In this document: piece after piece, positions 55,486 through 64,000 of the stretch
Layout of the letters: each line of letters begins with the position of its first letter
How positions within the stretch are numbered: position 1 is the stretch's first letter
Origin: a candidate division TA06 bacterium
GTDB taxonomy: Bacteria; Edwardsbacteria; AC1; EtOH8
Direction: 5' to 3'
Assembly: GCA_016235665.1 (NCBI GenBank)
Contig: JACRJI010000014.1
Span: 147,544-211,543, forward strand
Length of the DNA: 64,000 nucleotides
Notes under the pieces: generated by a model
The model's input: the letters and a program-made list of their open reading frames with translations, nothing else
Databases searched by the model: none
What the model was told of the DNA's origin: nothing
Translations under genes and position numbers: made by a program

Positions 55486-56061
55486 ATGAAAAGCATCAAA
55501 GGGTCCAAGACAGAACAGAACCTGCTGAAATCCTTCGCCGGGGAATCCCAGGCCCGCAACCGCTACACCTATTTCGCCAGCGCCGCCCGCAAGGAGGGCT
55601 ACGAGCAGATCGCCAACTTCTTCATGGAAACTGCGGAGAACGAGAAGGAGCATGCCAAGGTGTTCTTTAAGCTGCTGGAGGGCGGGGAGCTGGAGATAAC
55701 CGCTTCCTACCCGGCCGGGAAGATCGGTACCACCAGGGAGAATCTGGAGGCCGCGGCTGCCGGCGAGAACATGGAATGGACCACCATCTATTCCGATTTC
55801 GCCAAGACCGCCCGGGACGAGGGTTTTGAGGACGCGGCAACGGCCTTTGAACAGATAGCAAAGGTGGAGAAATTCCACGAGTCCCGCTACCGCAAACTGG
55901 CCGGCAATCTGGCCAACGGGGAGGCCTTTAAAAAGAAAACATCCGTCAAATGGCACTGCATCAACTGCGGATACGTGGCCGAAGGCGCCGAGGCCCCCAA
56001 ACAGTGCCCGGCCTGCAAGCATCCCCAGGCGTACTACGAGGTGCTGGCGGAAAATTACTAG
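55486..56061 (+). CDS. rbr: rubrerythrin
   Basis: ferritin-like diiron E..H motifs; C-terminal rubredoxin CINCG...CPAC. Confidence 0.85.
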   Translation: MKSIKGSKTEQNLLKSFAGESQARNRYTYFASAARKEGYEQIANFFMETAENEKEHAKVFFKLLEGGELEITASYPAGKIGTTRENLEAAAAGENMEWTTIYSDFAKTARDEGFEDAATAFEQIAKVEKFHESRYRKLAGNLANGEAFKKKTSVKWHCINCGYVAEGAEAPKQCPACKHPQAYYEVLAENY

Positions 56062-56132
56062 GATCTATAAGGAAACCATGAACCCAGGAATTCTTCCATA
56101 CTTTCCAGGTTTCATTATAAAAAGGAAATCAG

Positions 56133-56537
56133 ATGCCGTTGACATTACAATGGGTAAAAGACCTGCAATTCGTGGCCGAAGATGACAAGGGCCACGGCAT
56201 AGTGGTGGAATCCAGGAAAGAAGGGATCTCCGCCGGATTCACCCCCATGCAACTGATCCTGATAGCGGCTGCCGGGTGCATGGCCATGGACGTGGTCTCC
56301 ATCCTGCAGAAGAAAAAACTGGACGTCAAGAGCTTCCGGGTGCTGATGGACGGGAAGCGGGCCGAGGATCATCCCAAAAGGTTTACCGAGATGAATTTTG
56401 TCTACGAGGTCAAAGGCGACATCCCCAAGGCGGCGGTGGATGAGGCCATCAAACTATCCAAGGAAAAGTACTGCTCGGTCTCGGCCACCATCCAGCAGGG
56501 GGTCCAGATGAATATCGAAAGCAAGGTGGTGTCATGA
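56133..56537 (+). CDS. OsmC/Ohr-family peroxiredoxin-like protein
   Basis: GFTPMQLILIAAAGCMAMDV matches OsmC core with reactive Cys. Confidence 0.7.
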   Translation: MPLTLQWVKDLQFVAEDDKGHGIVVESRKEGISAGFTPMQLILIAAAGCMAMDVVSILQKKKLDVKSFRVLMDGKRAEDHPKRFTEMNFVYEVKGDIPKAAVDEAIKLSKEKYCSVSATIQQGVQMNIESKVVS

Positions 56538-56725
56538 TCCTCTATATCCTAAAGATCGTGTTGGGAGCCGTCATCGGGGGCGTGGTGGGATTCCTATCCT
56601 ATAAATTCATCGGCTGCCGCGGCGGGAGCTGTCCCATAGTCGGCAATCCCTGGATATCCACCTTTTGGTGGGCCATGATCGGGGGTATTTTCATGTACGG
56701 TGGTAAATTCCCGCCCGCCCCATGA
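56534..56725 (+). CDS. small membrane protein with CRGGSCP motif
   Basis: two TM helices flanking Cys motif; translationally coupled to OsmC-like gene. Confidence 0.4.
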   Translation: MILYILKIVLGAVIGGVVGFLSYKFIGCRGGSCPIVGNPWISTFWWAMIGGIFMYGGKFPPAP

Positions 56726-56763
56726 CGGGTAAACCCTAAAATCAATCATTATCGGAGCTTTTA

Positions 56764-57279
56764 ATGAAAAGATACATCATGACGGTTCTGCTTTCACTGG
56801 CCGTGCTGAGCAGCATCTCCTGCGCCGGCAGCAAAAAAGAAACCCCCAAGGCCGCGGCCGGAGCTGTAGCCTGGATGGCCTGGGACCAGGCCGTGACCTC
56901 GGCCCAGGAAGAAGGCAAGTTCATAGTGGTCGACGTCTACACCGACTGGTGTCACTGGTGCAAGGTGATGGATGACAAGACATATTCCGATCCGGCGGTG
57001 GCCGGGCTGATGAAGGAGAGCTTTACGGCGGTCAAGCTGAACGCCGAGAGGGCCAATACTGTCAACTTCAAGGGTAAGGCCTATACCGAAATGGACCTGG
57101 CCCGCAGTTTCGGGGTCAACGGTTATCCCACCACCATGTTCCTGGCCAGCGACGGCTCGGTCATCGGCAAGATCCCGGGCTACATCGAAGCCCCGGTGTT
57201 CAAACAGATACTGGAATACCTCACTTCCGGATCGTATAAGAGCATGAGCCTGGACCAATATATGTCGGGGAAGAAATAA
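56764..57279 (+). CDS. periplasmic thioredoxin-fold protein (CHWC active site)
   Basis: signal peptide; VVDVYTDWCHWCKVMD. Confidence 0.7.
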   Translation: MKRYIMTVLLSLAVLSSISCAGSKKETPKAAAGAVAWMAWDQAVTSAQEEGKFIVVDVYTDWCHWCKVMDDKTYSDPAVAGLMKESFTAVKLNAERANTVNFKGKAYTEMDLARSFGVNGYPTTMFLASDGSVIGKIPGYIEAPVFKQILEYLTSGSYKSMSLDQYMSGKK

Positions 57280-57613
57280 ATGAGGCGAATAATTTCACTG
57301 ATAGTGGTGCTGCTGGCCCTGGCCGCCATAGGGTTTGGATATCTGCGCCGGGAGCACAAGAAGCTATACATCAATGCCGTGGCCATCTGCTATTCCTGCA
57401 TCGGGCTGGAGTAGGACCGCTTTTTGACAGGAGCGCCTCCGCTGAAGCATTCGCCTAAAGTTAGTGCCTCCGCTAAAGCTGTGGCATTTGTGGCGGACAA
57501 ATTTAAAAGCGTAAGCTGACGGCCCCCCAAGGGGAGGCAAGAATGCAGCGTAAGCGGATTTACATGATTCACTTATAGGATCAAACGGAACAGCAAAAGC
57601 AAAAGGAGGGAAT

Positions 57614-58066
57614 GTGATCAAGATCGGCCAGAAGGCGCCGGACTTTGTGCTGAGGGACCAGCACGGGACAGAGTTCAAGCTCAGCGAACTGAGGGGGCGC
57701 AAGGTTCTGCTTTCGTTCCACCCCCTGGCCTTTACCAAGATCTGCTCCCGGCAGATGCAGGCCCTGGAGAAGAACCTGAAAGCCTTCGATCTTTTGAACA
57801 CGGTCCCGGCGGGCTTAAGCGTGGACACCGTTCCCAGCAAGCATGCCTGGGCCAAGGCACTCAAGGTAAAAAACCTCAGGATGCTTTCAGATTTTTGGCC
57901 TCACGGCAAAGTGGCTAAAGATTACGGGATATTCCGCCGGGAGCAGGGATTCTCGGAACGGGCCAATATCCTTGTTGACGAGTTTGGGAAGGTGATCTGG
58001 ATAAAGGTTTATCCCATCAAAGAGCTGCCGGACCTAAATGAAGTATTAAAAGTTTTGAGTTTATAA
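57614..58066 (+). CDS. peroxiredoxin (AhpC/TSA-Bcp family), GTG start
   Basis: KAPDF...LSFHPLAFTKICSRQ peroxidatic Cys context; RBS AAAGGAGGG. Confidence 0.8.
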   Translation: MIKIGQKAPDFVLRDQHGTEFKLSELRGRKVLLSFHPLAFTKICSRQMQALEKNLKAFDLLNTVPAGLSVDTVPSKHAWAKALKVKNLRMLSDFWPHGKVAKDYGIFRREQGFSERANILVDEFGKVIWIKVYPIKELPDLNEVLKVLSL

Positions 58067-58290
58067 CTGGGGCATCTTTAGTTTTTAACCCCTGCTGTCA
58101 AAGGCAGGGGTATTTTTTGTGGGGAAAAAGAAAATTTTAATCAAATTCCTAACCAAAAGCAATACTTATTGTTATACATTTTTGTTTGTACATTTAACCG
58201 ATAAATATGAGAAATATTTTAAACAGGGGCTTGACAAATTAAACATTTAATGATATAATACAAACGTTTGTTTAAATAAAGGATGATAAA

Positions 58291-58998
58291 ATGTCTCCTA
58301 AAGACTATTCCCTGCCAGAACCAAAGAGCCGCATATTCAATGCCGCCGCCGCCCTGTTCGTCAACAAGGGTTTTGAAGCAGTGGGCGTACGCGAGATAGC
58401 CAAAGAGGCCAAGGTCAATATTGCCATGATCAATTATTACTTCGGCGGTAAAGTCGGTATTTTAAAAGCTATATTGGAGGAGACCTACCAGAAGTATTAT
58501 GAGGCCCAAAGTTCAGCCGGAGATGATACCACGCCGCCGGAAGAGCGGGCCAGGAATCTGGTGACAAATGTGGTCCGGTTCTTCAGGGAAAATACGGAAA
58601 TAGCGCTGGTCACATTCAATACCATGCTGTTTGATATTCCGGATGTGTTGTGTTTGCGGGAAAAATGGGGTAAGATGAATTATGCAGTGATGGGAGGGTT
58701 CTTTAAACAAATAGGCGTGGACCTTATGGATCCGGTTCACAATAGTATTTATAACGGGTTTTTGGGGAACATGATAAAAAGCCATTTTCAATTCAGATAC
58801 ACCATTGAACATTTGCCGGCCGGCATAATAGATGAAAAATGTTCAGAAAGCAAGGATGACAATTGGCAGAGGAAGCATGAATATAATGACGATTTTTATG
58901 AAAGGTACATCGATCTTTTAGTGCATCAATATTTCCATGGCGTGATCTACGCCACCCAGAAAGACAAAATGAAACTCCATAAAGGAGAGAATATATGA
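58291..58998 (+). CDS. TetR-family transcriptional regulator
   Basis: N-terminal HTH GFEAVGVREIAKEAKVNIAMINYYFGGK. Confidence 0.75.
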   Translation: MSPKDYSLPEPKSRIFNAAAALFVNKGFEAVGVREIAKEAKVNIAMINYYFGGKVGILKAILEETYQKYYEAQSSAGDDTTPPEERARNLVTNVVRFFRENTEIALVTFNTMLFDIPDVLCLREKWGKMNYAVMGGFFKQIGVDLMDPVHNSIYNGFLGNMIKSHFQFRYTIEHLPAGIIDEKCSESKDDNWQRKHEYNDDFYERYIDLLVHQYFHGVIYATQKDKMKLHKGENI

Positions 58999-59184
58999 AA
59001 CAAAGAGTATATTTTATTCGTAATTGACTAATAAACATAGGAAAACCGTAATCCCGAATCTTCAAGCAGCTTCACAAACATAAATATTGCCGAAAATTCG
59101 GCATATTTTTGATTCAACAATATAAACAAACGTTTGTGCTTTTGCAACTTTGTATAAAATCAACTCTAAAAAAGTGAGGTTATC

Positions 59185-59511
59185 ATGGAAAAGAAAATAA
59201 TGGTCCTAATCATTTTGGGTTTGGCTTCATTATCCAAAGCCCAGACAAATCCACAAAACATAATAAATTCAAAAATATCCGAAGGCTACTATGCGCTGTA
59301 TTTGACGGAAGGAGCCATCCCGGCCGGTGCACTGCGGCAGGATCAGACATTGAAAACCAACCGCAATGAAGCAATCAAACAGCAGAACACCAAAGAACGC
59401 AATATTGTCACAACGTTGGCAGGTTTCGGCCAGGCTCATAAAAGCAAAGCCGGACTGTCTAAAAAAGGCAATGAAACCAAGACCTGCAATACCCGGACAG
59501 TTTACAACTAA
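59185..59511 (+). CDS. small secreted hypothetical protein
   Basis: signal peptide MEKKIMVLIILGLASLSKAQ. Confidence 0.4.
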   Translation: MEKKIMVLIILGLASLSKAQTNPQNIINSKISEGYYALYLTEGAIPAGALRQDQTLKTNRNEAIKQQNTKERNIVTTLAGFGQAHKSKAGLSKKGNETKTCNTRTVYN

Positions 59512-59535
59512 AATAAACGAAGATCAATAAAGGAG

Positions 59536-60864
59536 TTGCATATGAAACTGACAGTATTCCTATCCGAGGTGATGTTGATGGCCTTGCTGGCCGGATCGGC
59601 GCAGGCCCAGACTCCGTCCAAAGTTGCTTTGGATAAGATTTTAAAAAAACAAACCATAGAAGCGATCACAGTATTGCTGGACAGCAACTACGTTTTTCCG
59701 GAAACGGCAAAGAAAATGAATCAGTTAGTGCTGAAAAACCTTCGTTCCGGCAAGTACAATAAGATAACCGACCCGGAAGAGCTGGCCGGACGGATGACCG
59801 AGGACCTGAGGTCGGTCAGCCATGACCTGCACCTAAATGTTAGGTACGAACCGGGGCAGATAGCGGCCATACGGGCAGATACCCTTAAAAATCAGGTTCC
59901 GCCGGAGCTGATCAAGAGCTGGCAGAGGATAAATTACGGCTTTGTCAAGGCGGAGTACCTGCCGGGCAATGTGGGATATCTGGAACTGAGGGCTTTTACC
60001 GACCCCAAGATGCCCGAGGCCGGACAGGCGGCAATCTCGGCCATGAACTATCTGGCCAACGCCCAAGCCATCATCTTTGACCTGAGGAAGAACGGGGGCG
60101 GACATCCCGAGATGATCCAGCTGTTATCCAGTTTTCTTTTTACCGAGCCCACCCATCTTAACGATATCTATGAACGCCCCGGTAACACCACCCAGCAATA
60201 TTGGACCCTGCCGTACATTCCCGGTTCCCGCAGACCAAATGTGCCGGTCTACATCCTGACCAGCAACTATACCTTTTCCGGGGCCGAGGAGTTCACCAAT
60301 AATCTTAAGGAGCTCAAGCGGGCCACCATCTTGGGCGAGAACACGGGCGGCGGAGCCCACCCGGTGGATTTCAAGATAGTTAACGACCTATTCATCATTT
60401 CCCTGCCATTTGGCCGGGCCATCAACCCCATCTCCAAGTCCAACTGGGAAGGGACCGGGGTGATACCGCATGTCAAGGTTCCGGCCGATAGCGCCTTCAA
60501 TGCGGCTTACCTGATGGCCCTGGACACCTTGATCAAATCAGCTGCTGACCAGCAAGACAAACAAGATCTGAAAAACGTCCGTTTGTTCAAGCAAGCAGAG
60601 TTCAGCAATTATAAAGTGCCGGAGGAAAAACTTCGCAGTTATGCCGGCAATTACGGGGCCAGGACCATAATTTATGAGCAGGGCCAATTGTTCCTGCTCC
60701 GTCCCCAGCGTCCCAGGAATAAGCTGCTTCCGGTATCGGACGTCAGTTTTATGATCGATGTCATTGGCGGGAAGATTGACTTCATTTTAAGCCCTGAGGG
60801 AAAGATCCTGGGAATGGATTATATAAGACCATCCGGGGATACGTCCCGATTTGAGAGGAAATAA
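59536..60864 (+). CDS. S41-family (tail-specific/IRBP-like) peptidase, secreted
   Basis: signal peptide; IFDLRKNGGGHPEM and ILTSNYTFSGAEEF S41 catalytic-domain pattern. Confidence 0.65.
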   Translation: MHMKLTVFLSEVMLMALLAGSAQAQTPSKVALDKILKKQTIEAITVLLDSNYVFPETAKKMNQLVLKNLRSGKYNKITDPEELAGRMTEDLRSVSHDLHLNVRYEPGQIAAIRADTLKNQVPPELIKSWQRINYGFVKAEYLPGNVGYLELRAFTDPKMPEAGQAAISAMNYLANAQAIIFDLRKNGGGHPEMIQLLSSFLFTEPTHLNDIYERPGNTTQQYWTLPYIPGSRRPNVPVYILTSNYTFSGAEEFTNNLKELKRATILGENTGGGAHPVDFKIVNDLFIISLPFGRAINPISKSNWEGTGVIPHVKVPADSAFNAAYLMALDTLIKSAADQQDKQDLKNVRLFKQAEFSNYKVPEEKLRSYAGNYGARTIIYEQGQLFLLRPQRPRNKLLPVSDVSFMIDVIGGKIDFILSPEGKILGMDYIRPSGDTSRFERK

Positions 60865-60920
60865 ACCGTTCCGACGGTCACTTTATAAATTACAACACAT
60901 TGATCAACTGGAGAGCTACC

Positions 60921-63182
60921 ATGAAATCAGATCGCAATTTCAAAACCTTGGCTTTGGCTTTAGCGCTGGGGATCACCCCCGGCCTGCTGTGGGCCCAGGA
61001 AACCGCCGGAGAGAAGATAGCAGATACTGCCGCCCCAAAGGTCTTCAGCGTGCGGCAGGTCCAGACCCCGCCGGAGATCGACGGCATCATCGAAGATGCC
61101 TGGCAGCAGGCGGACTCGGTCAGCGATTTCGTCCAGCACCAACCTTACGAGAAAGCCGAACCCAGCGAGAAAACAGTGGTCTACCTGCTGCAGGATGAGG
61201 AAAATCTTTACGTTGCATTCCGCTGCCACGCGGTTAAGAACCCTCCGGTGGCCTGTTTTACAAAGGACGAGGATTATGTGACAGTCAAGTTCGACCCCTT
61301 CGGAAGCCGGACCAACGGATATTTCTTTTTGGTCTTCGGCAGCGGTCTTTTTTGGGACGGCTTGATCATGGACGACGGCCGGAGCCAGGATCAATCCTGG
61401 GAAGGGGTGTGGTACAATGCTGTGAAGATGTACCCCGACAGGATGGAAGTGGAAATGAAGATCCCCTTCAAGACATTGCGCTACAAGAAAGGTCTGGGGG
61501 AATGGAATATTCAGTTTGCCAGGCACATCGCCACAACCTTTGAGGACGACTACTGGACCGAGGTCACCCAAAAGGACGGGGACCTGGTATCCCGCTGGGG
61601 AAAGGCTACCAATATCAATCCAAGATCATCGGGATACTATTTTGAACTGTATCCCGAGGGGTTTTTCCGTTTTGAGGATTTTCGGGGGGAGACCCCGGCC
61701 AGGAAGGTCAAGGGCAGCATAACCGCTAAGTGGGACCTGACCCCCCAGACCAGCCTTAATGCCACGGCCTATCCCGACTTTGCCCAGATCGAATCGGACC
61801 CGTCCTCGGTGAATCTTTCCCGGTATCCCACCTATCTTCAGGAACAGAGGCCTTTCTTCGTGGAGGGCCGGGAGATATTCCGTTTTTCGGAATTCCAGGG
61901 CAGCGGGTTCTTCCAGCCGCTTAACATCTTTTATTCCCGCCGGATCGGAAAATCCATAGACGGCGGAGCGGTGCCGATCATCGGAGGCTTGAAGGCCACG
62001 CACAAGACCCCGGATTGGAACCTGGGCGCGCTGGCGGCCTATACCGAGAGATATGATTATGACGACCAGTGGGGCCAACCCGCCACCGAATCGGAAAAGA
62101 AATTCGGGGTTTTCAGGGTTTCCAAAAGAATTCTGAACAATTCGGACGCCGGTCTGTTATTCAGCGGCATGTCGGTCAACAGCCGGGAGTACAATTATGC
62201 GGCCGGGCTGGATGCTTCATTTCGCAAAGGACCTAATCAGCTGATCCTGCAGGGGGCATACAGCCAGGTCCAAAGGCCGTCCGGCCCTGATACGGTTAAA
62301 AACAAGGGCTGGGCCATTTCCGCCGGGTACCACGGGTTCATTGACATGTTTCAGACCATGGCCTCATATGAGGCCATAGACGATTCCTTTGACGTGGGGG
62401 ACATAGGTTTTGTCCCCTGGGCCGGGCGGCAGCAGGCTCTTCTGATCAGCGGACCCTTTTGGACATTCAAACAAGGGGCTGTGCGCAACCTCTATATTGC
62501 ACCGGGGATAATCAGGTCAAGGGAGCCGGGCTGCCCGAGATGGTCGACCTCCGGATATTTTCAGGTTAATCCAAACTGGAGGAATAACTGGGGAATCAAT
62601 ATTGAGGGACATTACGGTAAGTCCTACGAAATGGTATTCGATCCCGTCACGTATTCCCCCCGGTGCATAGATTACACCAGCCGCGACATAAGTTTTAACT
62701 TCTGGGGCATGCTGATGGGAAACAATATCAACGGAGGATGCAATTATAACTACAGTTATAATTATGCCAGAAATTATCTGGCTTATCAGGGCTCGAATTG
62801 GCTGACCTTCAGTTATTCATTTTTCTCGCCCCTCAGCGCCACCCTGACCTCGATTCTTTGGGTCGAATGGGACCAGGACAAAACAATAACAGCCATGACT
62901 CCGATCTTAAGGCCCAGGATGGATTACCGGATCACCGCCAAAATGACGCTTTCGTTATTCAACGAAATGGTGGCGGCCACCCCCGCGACCGAGCTGGGGA
63001 AGACCAGGCTTCAGACCGACAGGTTTGGCTTATTATATTCATGGAATTTTTCTCCCAAGAGCTGGCTGTATGTGGCTTTGAACGATTACAATTCGCTTGA
63101 TTATTCGGTAAATCCCGACGGAAAGATGACCCAGAGATATGCCATAGGAGCCATAAAGGCCAAATACCTGCTTTATTTCTAA
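60921..63182 (+). CDS. large outer-membrane-type protein with N-terminal CBM9/DOMON-like domain (DUF5916-like)
   Basis: signal peptide; N-terminal IDGIIEDAWQQAD...ENLYVAFRCH; C-terminal ...YLLYF. Confidence 0.5.
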   Translation: MKSDRNFKTLALALALGITPGLLWAQETAGEKIADTAAPKVFSVRQVQTPPEIDGIIEDAWQQADSVSDFVQHQPYEKAEPSEKTVVYLLQDEENLYVAFRCHAVKNPPVACFTKDEDYVTVKFDPFGSRTNGYFFLVFGSGLFWDGLIMDDGRSQDQSWEGVWYNAVKMYPDRMEVEMKIPFKTLRYKKGLGEWNIQFARHIATTFEDDYWTEVTQKDGDLVSRWGKATNINPRSSGYYFELYPEGFFRFEDFRGETPARKVKGSITAKWDLTPQTSLNATAYPDFAQIESDPSSVNLSRYPTYLQEQRPFFVEGREIFRFSEFQGSGFFQPLNIFYSRRIGKSIDGGAVPIIGGLKATHKTPDWNLGALAAYTERYDYDDQWGQPATESEKKFGVFRVSKRILNNSDAGLLFSGMSVNSREYNYAAGLDASFRKGPNQLILQGAYSQVQRPSGPDTVKNKGWAISAGYHGFIDMFQTMASYEAIDDSFDVGDIGFVPWAGRQQALLISGPFWTFKQGAVRNLYIAPGIIRSREPGCPRWSTSGYFQVNPNWRNNWGINIEGHYGKSYEMVFDPVTYSPRCIDYTSRDISFNFWGMLMGNNINGGCNYNYSYNYARNYLAYQGSNWLTFSYSFFSPLSATLTSILWVEWDQDKTITAMTPILRPRMDYRITAKMTLSLFNEMVAATPATELGKTRLQTDRFGLLYSWNFSPKSWLYVALNDYNSLDYSVNPDGKMTQRYAIGAIKAKYLLYF

Positions 63183-63232
63183 TTTTAAAGAGCCCGGAAT
63201 ATTTTATCATCAATCTTTAAACGGGAGACACG

Positions 63233-64000
63233 ATGTTCGATAAATTGGAGAAGATGCTGGCCGGAGCCAAGGCCGATTACATTGACATCCGCTATGAAGA
63301 GGTGAAGGAGACCGCCATCGGCTTCAGCGGAAAGGAGCTGACCACGCTGTCGGCCAATGCCGGCGACGGATATGTGGTCCGGGCCCTGGACCAGGGAGGC
63401 ATGGCCTCGGTGGCCTTCACCCGGCCGGAGGAGGCCGAAGCCGCAATCAGAGCGGCGGCGGAGAACGCTTCCTTGTTCTCCCGGAACACGGCAAAACCGG
63501 TCCGGATGGCCAAAGCAGAAACAGTCCGGGACACTTATTCACCAAAGCTGGGGGAAGACCCCCGGCAGATCCCGATAACGGAAAAGCTGGAGCTGGTAAG
63601 GAAGTACAACAACATCCCGCTGGCTCAGCCAAAGGTCGTCAACACCAGCATCGCCTATAGCGAAGTTTACCGCCGCAAATATTACATGAACAGCGAGGGC
63701 AGCCGTATTCAGGAAGACCTGGTTACCACCAGCGTCCGGGGCCTGATCACCGCCCGTGAGGGCAGCCTGACCCAGAACATCAGGGTGGGAATCGGCGGCA
63801 GCGACGGCTTCGGCGCCGTCAGGGGGCAGGAAAGGCATTTTGAAGAAAAGACCAAGCTGGTGCTGGACCTGCTGTCGGCCGAACCGGTGAAAAGCGGCTC
63901 CTACAGCTGCATCCTCAATCCCAGCCTGGCCGGGGTCTTTGCCCACGAAGCCTTCGGCCATTTCTCGGAGGCCGACATCGTGGAAACACTGCCGGCCATG
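63233..64000 (+). CDS. TldD/PmbA-family metalloprotease, 3-prime partial at window edge
   Basis: N-terminal TldD pattern and HEAFGH motif near end of window; ORF open to window end. Confidence 0.7.
   Translation, partial: MFDKLEKMLAGAKADYIDIRYEEVKETAIGFSGKELTTLSANAGDGYVVRALDQGGMASVAFTRPEEAEAAIRAAAENASLFSRNTAKPVRMAKAETVRDTYSPKLGEDPRQIPITEKLELVRKYNNIPLAQPKVVNTSIAYSEVYRRKYYMNSEGSRIQEDLVTTSVRGLITAREGSLTQNIRVGIGGSDGFGAVRGQERHFEEKTKLVLDLLSAEPVKSGSYSCILNPSLAGVFAHEAFGHFSEADIVETLPAM

Noticed and set aside
57280-57414. 44-aa ORF (MRRIISLIVVLLALAAIGFGYLRREHKKLYINAVAICYSCIGLE) immediately after the CHWC thioredoxin-fold gene
   Set aside because: Plausible small membrane peptide (ATG abuts the previous stop) but too short to support from sequence alone; not listed as a feature.

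Overview
This 64-kb window appears to come from a GC-rich (~60%) uncultivated anaerobic bacterium. All family and domain calls were made by eye from motifs; no searches were run.

The first ~9.4 kb is a sharply AT-rich (~40%) integrated island. It carries a tyrosine integrase, an AlpA/Xis-type excisionase, a small NPPY DNA methyltransferase, a tRNA-like 3-prime end fragment, and sits directly upstream of the tmRNA (ssrA) gene.

The island holds the most interesting cargo:
- A tightly packed operon: zinc-ribbon protein, FtsK/HerA-like P-loop ATPase, small unknown protein, ubiquitin-like (beta-grasp) protein fused to a C-terminal domain via an internal FGG motif, JAB/JAMM isopeptidase, and a minimal E1-like (ThiF/MoeB-fold) activating enzyme.
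- A separate two-gene module with its own promoter: a caspase-like (C14-type His/Cys dyad) protease followed by a stand-alone class III nucleotidyl cyclase.

Both modules look like candidate, possibly undescribed, anti-phage or conflict systems: Bil/CBASS-type-II-like ubiquitin-like conjugation, and a Pycsar-like cyclase with a non-canonical effector.

The chromosomal backbone includes:
- A DUF885-like metallopeptidase.
- A SET-domain protein.
- A radical SAM/SPASM enzyme.
- A 1281-aa TPR protein.
- A kbl-like alpha-oxoamine synthase cluster.
- Nnr, PdxA and FtsE.
- Two ECF sigma / zinc anti-sigma pairs.
- An oxidative-stress cluster: thioredoxin, thioredoxin reductase, ferredoxin, desulfoferrodoxin, rubrerythrin, OsmC and peroxiredoxin.
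- A prokaryotic pentameric ligand-gated ion channel homolog.
- An M16 peptidase pair.
- A 1461-aa RHS/YD-repeat polymorphic toxin with immunity gene, followed by two orphan C-terminal toxin/immunity cassettes.

Six copies of a ~300-nt dispersed repeat with terminal inverted repeats and compensatory (structure-preserving) base changes lie in intergenic regions. This looks like a MITE-like element or structured ncRNA family.
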